A stretch of 64,000 bases of DNA. Origin: Nanobdellota archaeon (GTDB taxonomy: Archaea; Aenigmatarchaeota; Aenigmatarchaeia; QMZP01). Below, one piece after another: positions 9,699-19,300 of the stretch. Made by a program: the position numbers and the translations under genes. Position 1 is the first letter of the stretch, and every line of letters begins with the position of its first letter. The DNA is taken from contig JAHIVW010000003.1 of NCBI GenBank assembly GCA_018816245.1, forward strand, positions 470,834 through 534,833. The letters run 5' to 3'. The notes beneath the pieces were generated by a model. It did not search any database and was not told the DNA's origin. It was given only the letters and a program-made list of their open reading frames with translations.

Positions 9699-10031
9699 TT
9701 AAGACGTCGAGCGAACGAGGGGCACGATCAGGGTTTTTGCCACAAGTCCGTAGATCGTTGCAGTGAAGTTCCCCCGCGGTTCTTTCCGGATCGGCTGAAT
9801 GATCCCAGCAGTATGGAGCTGTTTGATTGTGTAATAGACGGTCTGTTCATGGACTCCCAGGGAGCGGGCAAGATCAAGAGGGCACTGTGGGGTACTAGCG
9901 AGCTGAGCGAGAATCCTGCGAGCGAGGTTGTTCGAGAGAATCCGCAGCGACGCAGGGTCACGGCGAGCGGTTGGTACAGGACCGATCGAAGCGCTCATAG
10001 GGAGACCGGCACCGTCACAGGAGTATGTCAA
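9699..10031 (-). CDS. Winged-helix (ArsR-type) transcriptional regulator
   Basis: LARRILAQLASTPQCPLDLARSLGVHEQTVYYTIKQLHTAGII is a HTH_20/ArsR-like fold. TATA-like cttttaaaaag sits about 25 nt upstream of the start. Confidence 0.6.
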   Translation of the reverse strand: MTYSCDGAGLPMSASIGPVPTARRDPASLRILSNNLARRILAQLASTPQCPLDLARSLGVHEQTVYYTIKQLHTAGIIQPIRKEPRGNFTATIYGLVAKTLIVPLVRSTS

Positions 10032-10176
10032 TCTTGATCTTCACTTTTAAAAAGCCATATGATCATGATTCACTCCCTAACCGCAACAACGCTGGGAAAG
10101 CCATTTATACCCAAGATTGAATAGATTGTCTGCTCCGAGACGGGTGGAACCTTCATGATTGCGCGAGTAGCAGCAT

Positions 10177-11355
10177 ATGACAGCAAAGAAAAAGATCTCG
10201 ATTATTGCAACCGGAGGCACCATTGCAAGTAGCATTGGTGAGAAAGGACTTACCCCAACCTACAAACTTGTGAAACTTCTTGAACAGATTCCCGATATTT
10301 TCGAATTCGTAGAGATCCATCCTGTTCAACTCATGAACAAAGACAGTTCAGACATGCAACCTGAGGATTGGGTCACAATTGCAAAGCAGGTCTGGGAAGA
10401 ATTGGAAAAATGTGACGGTGTTGTGATTGTCCATGGAACCGATACCATGGCGTACTCCTCATCGATTCTCTCGTTCATGTTGGGAAATATCAAGAAACCG
10501 GTGATCCTAACAGGATCGCAACGACCGTGGACAGAACCCAACAGCGATGCGCGACAAAATCTGATCGATGCTGTCCGGACAGCATCATATGGAACAGAAC
10601 ATTCGTTGAAAGGCGTCTATGTGGTGTTCCATGGAAAAATCATCAAGGGGTGCCGAACCCGAAAATCGAAGTATCTCGAACGCTCTGAACTGGACGCCTT
10701 TGAGACCGTCAACTATCCGCTCGTCGGGATGGTGAGCAAGGAGCGGATCATGATCAATCCTATTCTATTACAGACGATGCAGCCCCACGAAACAAATGAA
10801 GCCGCGATGCTTGATACCAAGATCGGGCGTAATGTCCTCATGGTGACGTTGACACCGGGGCTGAACCCGCTCATCTTCGATTCGATCCGGAACAAGTGTG
10901 ATGCGATCATTATCCAGGCATACGGCCTTGGTGGCATGCCGATCCACGGCAAAGAAACCCTGCTTCCCATGGTCAAACAGTGGATCGATTCAGGGAAGAT
11001 TGTCGCGATTACGTCGCAAGCCTGTTACGAAACAGACCTCTCCCAGTACGAGGTTGGCCGACGGTTCCTTGAACTCGGTGTTATTCCGACACTGGACATG
11101 ACGTTGGAATCAGCATATACCAAGTTAATGTGGGTCCTAGGACACACCAAAGATCAGGAAGAAGTTAAGAAGATGTTGTGGAAGAATTATGTTGGTGAAA
11201 TCTGGCCGCTGAACGGTGAGAAAGGCAGACGGCAGGTTGATGTCATGAGTGAAATGGCGCGGTCACATGAACTGACCCGCATCTTGTATGAAAGCAACAA
11301 CCAACTGATGAATGTAATGGCGGATATCTACACAAAGACACAGCATCAAATCTAG
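10177..11355 (+). CDS. L-asparaginase family protein (type I asparaginase-like, with a C-terminal extension)
   Basis: IIATGGTIAS at residue 8, HGTDTMAYSS and TGSQRP motifs. No N-terminal GatD-specific domain. Confidence 0.75.
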   Translation: MTAKKKISIIATGGTIASSIGEKGLTPTYKLVKLLEQIPDIFEFVEIHPVQLMNKDSSDMQPEDWVTIAKQVWEELEKCDGVVIVHGTDTMAYSSSILSFMLGNIKKPVILTGSQRPWTEPNSDARQNLIDAVRTASYGTEHSLKGVYVVFHGKIIKGCRTRKSKYLERSELDAFETVNYPLVGMVSKERIMINPILLQTMQPHETNEAAMLDTKIGRNVLMVTLTPGLNPLIFDSIRNKCDAIIIQAYGLGGMPIHGKETLLPMVKQWIDSGKIVAITSQACYETDLSQYEVGRRFLELGVIPTLDMTLESAYTKLMWVLGHTKDQEEVKKMLWKNYVGEIWPLNGEKGRRQVDVMSEMARSHELTRILYESNNQLMNVMADIYTKTQHQI

Positions 11356-11822
11356 AGTTTCTTTTTCCCTTGCTGAGCTTCATTCGCTGACAGAACGATC
11401 ATGGTTTGGGAGTTCTCAACACCTTCAATGTTCCGGAGATCGTGGATCACGAATTGATTGAGTTCATCAATGTTCTTAACCCGGACCTTGATGATGATGT
11501 CCGTGCCTCCAGTGACAATGTAGATCTCTTCGACCGGCGGGAGGCGGGAGATGGTTCTTGCCAAATCTTCCTGGGAGATATGGTCTCCATCAGCAGTGTA
11601 GTACCGGACTGTGACGAGAATGAACGAGAGGATCTCCTTCCCGAGCTTTCGGTGATCGATCAACGCGACATAGCCTTTGATGTAGCCTTCTTTCTCCATC
11701 TTCTTGATGCGGTTATGAACTGTGGTGATGGGAACGAGGAGCTTCTTCGAGATCTGCCGGGACGTCAGCTTGGCATTCTTCTGAAGGAGATCGAGGATTT
11801 TCTGGCTTTTCTCGTCAAGCAT
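11352..11822 (-). CDS. lrp: Lrp/AsnC-family transcriptional regulator
   Basis: N-terminal HTH (KILDLLQKNAKLTSRQISKKLLVPITTVHNRIKKMEKEGYIKGY) plus a C-terminal RAM/AsnC domain. Confidence 0.85.
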   Translation of the reverse strand: MLDEKSQKILDLLQKNAKLTSRQISKKLLVPITTVHNRIKKMEKEGYIKGYVALIDHRKLGKEILSFILVTVRYYTADGDHISQEDLARTISRLPPVEEIYIVTGGTDIIIKVRVKNIDELNQFVIHDLRNIEGVENSQTMIVLSANEAQQGKKKL

Positions 11823-12126
11823 AGGCCTTTTTTGAATGGAATATTTTTAAAGATTTTCTGTTCCATGAGACGATTTTCCTTTTTCTCTTTTTTTGCTGTT
11901 TTTTCTCCCACTTTCCCCTAGGTATGACCCCCATTTCCCACTGGTGGTACAAATAATTTCCATAATTATGGTTGAACTTGGAAAATATTCTTTTAATTAA
12001 CAGTGTAATACAGTTATAAATTTTAAAAAAAGAATATTTTTCCAATTTTTTTACCACTTTCTTTATATGTCCGCGCTTCAATTGTCTTCCAGATCCTTCC
12101 GGAACTGAAGTCTATGAAGAAGACGG
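11823..12126. promoter_or_regulatory. AT-rich (roughly 30% GC) divergent intergenic/promoter island between lrp and the Cys-rich paralogue array. Contains short perfect palindromes, candidate Lrp operators.
   Basis: GC drops sharply relative to flanks. ccataattatgg (12-bp perfect palindrome) and ttttaattaa are present. The only ORF across it (11815-12081) is low complexity. Confidence 0.4.
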
Positions 12127-12618
12127 GTGCTGAAAATGGAACGAAATCATGTCCCGATGTGCAGCTTGTGCAGAGAACCGATCACCAACTTTGTCTGCCA
12201 GGACCATTTAGCCCGGAATATCGCTCGCTGGCTCCCTGACGACGTGGTTCAGAGCTTTGATCGGTTCCACACCCGTCTTTCTCGCATGTTTTTTACGGCC
12301 GATTCGGTCGAGCAGCTCCCACTTGGGAAACAGGGGTGTACGTGCCGCACGCACGATCCCGTGTTGTGTGTGCACTGTTATACCAGGGAGGTCAATTCCT
12401 GGCTGACGCAGCGAAACCCTGGTCTCGCAACACAGTTTCGAGGAATTTTCTCCTTTGGATTCGCCCATGACGGGTCACCGCGATTCAGGCGCAACAATTC
12501 GTTGCGCCTTGATCACGACCCACCTGAGCATGAGTTTGGCCTGTGTGATGTGTGTGGTGAGTACGGTGATGAACTGACCCAGCAGAATGGACAGTGGGTC
12601 TGCCAGTCGTGTGAATAA
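12127..12618 (+). CDS. Cys-rich multi-zinc-ribbon protein, paralogue 1 (163 aa), function unknown
   Basis: CSLCx8CxxH at the N-terminus, CTCx7CVHC in the middle, C-terminal ribbon CDVCGEYGDELTQQNGQWVCQSC. Clear paralogy with the following two ORFs. Confidence 0.6.
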   Translation: MLKMERNHVPMCSLCREPITNFVCQDHLARNIARWLPDDVVQSFDRFHTRLSRMFFTADSVEQLPLGKQGCTCRTHDPVLCVHCYTREVNSWLTQRNPGLATQFRGIFSFGFAHDGSPRFRRNNSLRLDHDPPEHEFGLCDVCGEYGDELTQQNGQWVCQSCE

Positions 12619-12630
12619 ACGAGGTGTCAA

Positions 12631-12972
12631 ATGCAACAAGAACCTTCAGTGTGTCGAAATTGTAAGGTACCGTTTCGGCAGTTCATGTGCACCAGCTGTC
12701 TTTCGAGTAATATCAAGATACGGCTCCCTGGAACCGTGCATGCCTCGTTTGATATGTTTATACAAACGATGAATAAAGCTTATTACCAACAGGGCGCCCA
12801 GCTTGAACATTGTGTCCACTGTACACGACTTGTTCAAGCGCCTGTCTGCCAATTCTGTTACCTTGTCGAGGCATCGCGATGGTTGAAGGAACATGAAACA
12901 CATTCGCCACGATTCCTCCGATCACCGATGTTGCAAGCACCGCAAACCCCTGGAATCCAGGAAGGTGGGTGA
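12631..12972 (+). CDS. Cys-rich zinc-ribbon protein, paralogue 2 (N-terminal and middle modules only)
   Basis: CRNCKVPFRQFMCTSCLSSNIKIRLPGTVHASFDMF aligns with CSLCREPITNFVCQDHLARNIARWLPDDVVQSFDRF of paralogue 1. SPRFLRSPML aligns with SPRFRRNNSL. Ends with TGA two nucleotides before the next ATG. Confidence 0.6.
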   Translation: MQQEPSVCRNCKVPFRQFMCTSCLSSNIKIRLPGTVHASFDMFIQTMNKAYYQQGAQLEHCVHCTRLVQAPVCQFCYLVEASRWLKEHETHSPRFLRSPMLQAPQTPGIQEGG

Positions 12973-12973
12973 T

Positions 12974-13075
12974 ATGGACGATGCAGAAATATGTGACGAG
13001 TGCGGCGGTCCAGCAGAGGAATTGTACGTCAAGAATGGTCGCTGGGTCTGTGATATCTGCTGGTTCGGCGGCTAG
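12974..13075 (+). CDS. Mini zinc-ribbon protein (33 aa) equivalent to the C-terminal ribbon of paralogue 1. Possibly the detached 3' part of paralogue 2.
   Basis: MDDAEICDECGGPAEELYVKNGRWVCDICWFGG versus CDVCGEYGDELTQQNGQWVCQSCE. ATG lies 2 nt after the stop of 12631-12972, in a different frame. Confidence 0.45.
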   Translation: MDDAEICDECGGPAEELYVKNGRWVCDICWFGG

Positions 13076-13109
13076 GTCTTAAAAAGGCCCCTTGCCCATA
13101 ATACTCTTC

Positions 13110-14945
13110 ATGCGCGGGGTGCTGCTTGCTGTTTTTCTTGCAAGTATTCTAACGATGGCAGGATCAGCAGCAGCACAAACGCCGCAACTCACGTTCATCC
13201 CGCAGCAATTTTCCGCAAACGCGAGTTTTCTGGTGTATGCCACAACCTCTGTTCAGGAACCAGCGCGCCTCACCTACTCTGTTGCTGGCTCCTATGGTGG
13301 CGGTGCAGCAGCGGCAACCGGGAGTATCCCGTTTGACGGAGACCGGTTCTTCTGCTATTTCTCCCACACTGATGCTGACGCAACCTGCGGCCCGAGCCCG
13401 TTCACGATCATCACAACTGAGTTCGGTCCTGACACCTTTTTCGACATGATTACCCTCTTCCAGACAACCGATGACCCTGGCACCGAGACCGCGTTCCAGG
13501 TTGCCACAGGATCCATTAGAATTGTTCCAACGATCTCAATCTCGGATAACGGTACGGTGAGCGTGCTGGCATCAACATTAACTATTATTGGCAATGCTGG
13601 TGCTCTGGTAAACGGGATGACAATTGAGATCTACCATGAGAACCTGACCCTAGTGAAGGTAATCGCTCCAACGTTCAACCAGATTACCGGGTTCTGGGCA
13701 ACAAACTTCCAACTCAAGCCGGGGAAGTACTACCTCTCCTTCTTCGCCCCGTCCCAAGCTGATCCAGATGATTTCGGTGGGGAAGTGTTCCCCATCACTG
13801 TGCCCGGGACAGAAGGAACGACCTGCACCTCCACTGCTGCAGTGGAAGGTAATCTCCCGCTTGTTGTTGAACCAGCAGTGTTTGATGCGGTTATTAGTGC
13901 GAACACACCGTTCACCAAAAAAGGATTCAAGATCACCAACCTCGGCGGGAGCACGCTTCCCAATATTTCAGTGACGATTCCAAGCGCGTTTGCGTCTTAT
14001 CTTTCCATTTCCCTTGGCAACAGCACGACACTGGCACCCAACGCGAGTATGCTCTACTCCGTGACGATTCTGAGTCTTCAGGACGCGGTGAGCATCAACG
14101 CATTCATCAACCTGACGAGCAACGGCACCTTGGTCGGGCAGATTCCTGTGACCATTGGAACGATCCTCCTTGATTCTGATACTGCCTCCTGTCCGGGGGT
14201 TGCTGGTGAATTCACCGTGACCCCGTCGACCTGGTTTGCCCAAGGCGTTGTTGGAGAAACACTCACCAAGGAATTCACCATCAAGAATAATGCCGACAAG
14301 GCCATGGAAGTCAAGGTCACCACGTCGACAAGCCTCACTGATGCGACGTACGAGCCCCTGACTGTGCAGGCAGGGAAGACTGACACACTTACAGTTACCC
14401 TTGAGCCAGACACCGCGAAGACCTACCAAGGAACCCTTTCGATTGGTGATGTCGCCGGGGTCATGGGAACACAGTCCATTGGGGTGAGTCTACAGGTGTT
14501 CGATGATGTGAGTTCGCAACTCGACGGGCTCCAGGAAGACCTTGATTATTTCGAGCTCTCCTTGTCTTCGACGACAGCGAATCAGTTGGCATCGGTCATC
14601 AGCGACATCCAGGACCTGATTGATGATGCACAGAACAATATTGCGATCAAGCAGTATGGTGTTGCAGCTGAGACCTACAGCATTGCCCAGGAGAAGTTCA
14701 ATTCTCTGGATGCCGTGAGTCCGTACCTTGGCACCGTGACACCAATCAATGGTGATACAGGTGAAGGCCTTGATCTCTTCACGTTCGTGATTCCTGCTGT
14801 TGTTGTTTTGGTCGTGCTTGCTGTTCTCATGATCTTCCTCAAGAAGCGGAAATCGAAGGTCTCCAAGGAAGAATCCATTCTTGAGGACGAGTTCCAGGAA
14901 GAGCCACAAGAAGAATCCAAGGACGATTTTGAAGAAGAGTTCTAA
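13110..14945 (+). CDS. Secreted surface protein (about 610 aa) with N-terminal signal peptide and C-terminal TM anchor plus acidic tail
   Basis: MRGVLLAVFLASILTMAGSAAAQ signal peptide. Thr/Ser-rich beta-type sequence. C-terminal FVIPAVVVLVVLAVLMIFLKKRKSK then an E/D-rich tail. Confidence 0.7.
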   Translation: MRGVLLAVFLASILTMAGSAAAQTPQLTFIPQQFSANASFLVYATTSVQEPARLTYSVAGSYGGGAAAATGSIPFDGDRFFCYFSHTDADATCGPSPFTIITTEFGPDTFFDMITLFQTTDDPGTETAFQVATGSIRIVPTISISDNGTVSVLASTLTIIGNAGALVNGMTIEIYHENLTLVKVIAPTFNQITGFWATNFQLKPGKYYLSFFAPSQADPDDFGGEVFPITVPGTEGTTCTSTAAVEGNLPLVVEPAVFDAVISANTPFTKKGFKITNLGGSTLPNISVTIPSAFASYLSISLGNSTTLAPNASMLYSVTILSLQDAVSINAFINLTSNGTLVGQIPVTIGTILLDSDTASCPGVAGEFTVTPSTWFAQGVVGETLTKEFTIKNNADKAMEVKVTTSTSLTDATYEPLTVQAGKTDTLTVTLEPDTAKTYQGTLSIGDVAGVMGTQSIGVSLQVFDDVSSQLDGLQEDLDYFELSLSSTTANQLASVISDIQDLIDDAQNNIAIKQYGVAAETYSIAQEKFNSLDAVSPYLGTVTPINGDTGEGLDLFTFVIPAVVVLVVLAVLMIFLKKRKSKVSKEESILEDEFQEEPQEESKDDFEEEF

Positions 14946-16372
14946 GCGAGCTCGTCCAGCGGCGTGTCCTTCGGTGATTTCTTTCTCAGGACGAAGACAA
15001 CCACAATGAGGAGAATAACCGCAATCGGGACAATGAAGGTGATAACAAAAGAGAAGATGATGTTGGATGCCCCCTTACCAGGTTCTTCCGCAGGAATTAC
15101 GTGTTGTTGGTCAACTGGTAATTTTTCCGTGGTTTCATTCTCCAAAGACGCCAGCTGGTTTTGGACAGCGCCGTACTGGTCGAGGTTTGATCCGTACTGA
15201 GCGTTTTCGTAACTCGTGTACCATGCATCTGCAATCTCGTTTGCCTGCTCTTTCTGATCAGCTGACAAATTGGGATCAGCTTGGAGTAAGGCAAGCTGAT
15301 GTTGAATGTCACTGACGAGCTCGTCAGTGGTGAGAGCAGCTGACGCCTTCTTGACCACATCGCCGCTTGTGCCGATCGCGGTAATACCATAGAATGCGTT
15401 CGGGTCATGTGGGGTGATCGTGAACGGCACGGAAACGAATTCCCCTGTACCGAGGGTCACGTTCTGCTCTGTCATAGAATAGGTCAAGCCAGGGAACTCG
15501 ACAAGCTTGATGGCGACCGTGAGTGGAGTCTGGCCGTTCTTGAGCTGCAATGAGAATTCAGCAGGCTGCTCGATCGGAACATCAAGGCTTTGCGGAAAAA
15601 GGGACATGGTGAAGGTTGGGGGAAGCTGTTGTTGTTCTGAAACGTGCAGGGTCGCGGTTGTTTGCTTGGTGCAGCTGGTTCCTGTGCACTCGGTCATGGT
15701 TGCCGTAACCGTGATCGAGTAATCGCCTTCTGTTGCTGGCGCCGTGACTGTGACAGGGATGCTGACGAGTGGATTGAAAAGGTCTGTTGTCACACGGGTT
15801 GTCTGCAGGGATGCATCGATTGCTGACGTGATACTCAGATCAAATGCTTGCTCTGCAAAAGACTCAAGGCGGAACTCAAGTGAGTGGGAGGTTCCTAGTT
15901 GTGCTGTAGGGTGGGAATCAAGGAACCCGATGGCAAACAGGTCGTTGTTCCCAAGCGGGTCGTTCGGTTCTTGGGGTGTGCCGATGTCAACATCGCCGAT
16001 GGTGGAAGAACACACCTGGAGAGTATAGGTTTTGGTGAATGCAAGCGCTGGTGCGGTTGCGGTGACCGTGAACGGGCCAGTGCAGGCAGTTTCATTGGCT
16101 TGGCCGAAGAAGCAGATCGGCACAATGACGGTGTTGTTGTCGTCGGTCCCGAAGTTGGCAGTGGTGAGGTCGTCCCACTCGGACGAGGCGCTGCTTTCGA
16201 GGGTGTAGTTGATCTTTTGGTCAGTGAAGACGCCGAGATCGTCGGGGAGGGTGATAGAGACACAGGAGACGTTCCCGGGCGGGACCGTGAAGACGAGGTT
16301 GTCGGTGAGGGGGAGGGCCTGGGCCACTGTTGGGAGAAGGAACACGAGGAAAAGGGAAATGATTTTTTTCAT
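14942..16372 (-). CDS. Secreted surface protein (476 aa) with signal peptide and C-terminal TM anchor. Last gene of the surface-protein operon.
   Basis: MKKIISLFLVFLLPTVAQA signal. C-terminal IIFSFVITFIVPIAVILLIVVVFVLRKKSPKD. Confidence 0.7.
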   Translation of the reverse strand: MKKIISLFLVFLLPTVAQALPLTDNLVFTVPPGNVSCVSITLPDDLGVFTDQKINYTLESSASSEWDDLTTANFGTDDNNTVIVPICFFGQANETACTGPFTVTATAPALAFTKTYTLQVCSSTIGDVDIGTPQEPNDPLGNNDLFAIGFLDSHPTAQLGTSHSLEFRLESFAEQAFDLSITSAIDASLQTTRVTTDLFNPLVSIPVTVTAPATEGDYSITVTATMTECTGTSCTKQTTATLHVSEQQQLPPTFTMSLFPQSLDVPIEQPAEFSLQLKNGQTPLTVAIKLVEFPGLTYSMTEQNVTLGTGEFVSVPFTITPHDPNAFYGITAIGTSGDVVKKASAALTTDELVSDIQHQLALLQADPNLSADQKEQANEIADAWYTSYENAQYGSNLDQYGAVQNQLASLENETTEKLPVDQQHVIPAEEPGKGASNIIFSFVITFIVPIAVILLIVVVFVLRKKSPKDTPLDELA

Positions 16373-16376
16373 GGGG

Positions 16377-19300
16377 TTAGGTAAACGTGACGGTTATTTC
16401 TTTTGGTTGTGCGGCAAAGGTGTCTGTTGTTTTATCATAAACGTCGACTGTAATGGTATATGTTTTAGCTTGATTAACAGGATAGCTACAAACATATTCA
16501 ATTATTTTTTGGGATTGAAAAGGCTCGAGAAGCGTATTGCCATGATTATCTTTTTCACAATCAATTTCCACTGCATATTCATGCGCTGTTTGGAAATTAT
16601 CAATTGTAAGGATGAAGGGAATGTCACGGTAGTTTGTAGAATCCGCTTCAGAAGCAAAGGTAAATGTTTCAGGAGAAAGGCTGAATTGGGGAACACAAAC
16701 GTCACCAGATGTCTCATTACATGGTTCACTAGAACTCGAGGTTCCGCTATCACCCGGCGACGTTCCCCCGCCGCTTGTTCCGCTCAGTTCTTCTATTTTT
16801 GCCGCAAGAAGATTGTCAATGACAGTTTGAAGTGTAGTGTCCGCGTTGGGTGGAGCCTGTCCAGCTTCAAGGAAGGCGATGAACTCCGTCATTGTCGGCA
16901 ACACGGCATTTAATTTATCCTTAACACTTGTCTTAGTTGTCTTCTCAATCGCGGCATTCACGGTTTGTTGCGCTGCTTTGAGGGCAGTTGCTGCATCAAC
17001 AGGTTTGGGAGAGGCAAGCTGCTTTGCCTTCCCAACAGCGAGGATCGCACTGTTGATCATCTCAGCAGCAGTCGTTGCCGTCACCGTCCCGTACCCGGAC
17101 GGAAGGCTGCTCCCACATTCTCCCCAAGCAGTAATACACTCGTCCTTTGGATCCGCAGTCCCGGTTTTTAAGCAGCCGCTCGTTGGGTCTCCGACACATA
17201 GGCAGACGGTGAGTGAGTCGACATACTCATTATTACAAATGAGCTTGAATGTTTTCGCGCTCTCCCCTTCAAATGCTGTAATTGCGTCAATATTTTTGTA
17301 CTCGCTAATCGGGATAAGCGATCCGTCCTCCTTCTGGATCATCGGGTTTTGGCACGGAACCGATGACTGATACTGGCTGACAAAGAGTGATAATTTCGAT
17401 CTTCCCAGGGTTGTGTAGCCCCCGCTTCCTCCAATAACAATCTGCTGTCCGACGTCGCCACCATACCCGCAGCACTTCGTCGCTCCTGGCACATCATTAC
17501 ATTTTGCGTACAAACTCGTCGTATCGCTCAGATCCTGAATAGATTCAATCGCATTCGCGAAGTTTCCGGCTGCCTGACCGAATTTCTGCGCCTCGGCTGA
17601 GATCACGTTCATGTTCGCCTGCATGTTCCCTATAATACCGTTGACCGACCCGAGGTTCACACACGCGAGCATGCCGTTGAAGCAGGAGAGATCCTTGCCA
17701 CAGTAGCCGGCGTCAAGCTGGTGCTGCTGGACCTGCAGGCAGGCTTCCATCTTCAGGAACTCGATCTCAATGTTCTCTGCATCAATCATGCTCTTCATCA
17801 TCGCAGACAGCATGTTGCAGATGCTGCCAATGGCAGTGAGCACAAAGGTCCCTGCGGCTGTATACGCGGTAATCGTGTTCTTGAATTCCCGGGAGCCGAG
17901 CTTGGACGTCATCTTCGAGATGCCGCTGTGCACTGCAGCATCATTGTTGCCGGCGATCTGGCCCTGGAATTCCGACGGCTTCAAGGCATCATAGAACGCG
18001 TATCCGATCCCTACGATCGTGAGCGCGGTTGCAGCAATCGATGCGTACAGGCAGAACTTCTGCAAACTGATGAGCTTCTGGGAAATTTCAAGGATGTCCT
18101 GGATTTTCTTCTGGATGTCTTGGATGAGTTCCTGGGTAATGTCAAACAAGGATGTGAACGTCTGCCGCACCTTGATGGCAGCATAGTCGTCGGTGAGCAG
18201 CAACAATTCCCGTTTTTGGGCGCCGTTGTTGTAGCTGATCAAAACCGAAATGTCGTTCGGCTCATAGGTGTTTGTATCACCCTTTGAACACTCAGGATCA
18301 GCAGGGATCGCAGCCGTACAGTTGAGGGTGAGGTTGCTCGTCCCGAACACGAGGACCTCCTGCTGGCAATAGATGTTCTGGGTCGATTCCCCGTCAAGGG
18401 TTCCGAAGATGTTCTCGATCTGGGTGCCTGACGGCTGATTCTTGATGTGTGCCTTGATGTTCACGAAGTGGGGGATCTCGCAGTTCTTGAAGCTGACCGG
18501 CTGGTTCGGATGATCAACAACAAGTTTGATGTCCCCTTTCTCCTGGCAGCTCCCAGCAATGTTGTCAACCCGATGGTAATCACAGTAGTATGCGTCTCCG
18601 TACATAGGATCCTTGGCACAGGGACAGTCAACGCAGGAGTTTGCTGCGCTTTCCCCGTACTGCGGCTCGCACACGCCGTTGTTCGGGTGGTATTGGGGAA
18701 CAAGGATGAGATCAGCAAAGGATGCGGTCAGATGCTGCTGGATGATTCCAGACGGATTGATATAGGAACCATCAGGATAGGAAATAGTAAGGTTCAGGGT
18801 ATTGGGACCAAGGGTTTCATAGGGCAGCGAACATTCAGGGATCGGAGGAAGGGTAAGTTGGCACGTCAAGAGGCCAGTCGGGCTGCCAACAACAACTTCC
18901 TTGCAGGTGATGGGATACGGTTGTGGTTCTCCATTCTTCATGTAGAAGACCGCAAGGATTTCTGATTCAGCGGGCTTGTTGATGATTTGGGTAGTGAGAT
19001 TGATCAGATGGGTCTGCGTACAGTCAGACACGTTCCGCGGGGACACGGAAAGGACAGTCAGGCCAACGTCATTGATGAGCTTGCATTGGGTAATTGCATC
19101 ACAATATTCACCAGCCCCAGCGCAGCCGCAGTCAACGCAACAGGTGGCGGCGCTTTCCCCCTTCTGGTTGTCACACAACCCGTCACCGCAGAGCGATGAA
19201 GGAACTGTGACATCGGAGAAGCCGCTCTTCAGATCCTTGGTAATCGTGATCGGGCCATCACTAAAGCTCGTCTTGAAGGTGATGCTGTTGCTTTGAATAA

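Noticed and set aside
10177-11355. Asparaginase-fold protein considered as GatD
   Set aside because: The TGGTIAS motif starts at residue 8, and there is no GatD N-terminal domain and no gatE neighbour.
11815-12081. 88-aa ORF in the AT-rich island
   Set aside because: Low-complexity Lys/Asn-rich translation of AT-rich intergenic DNA. Better explained as promoter or operator region.
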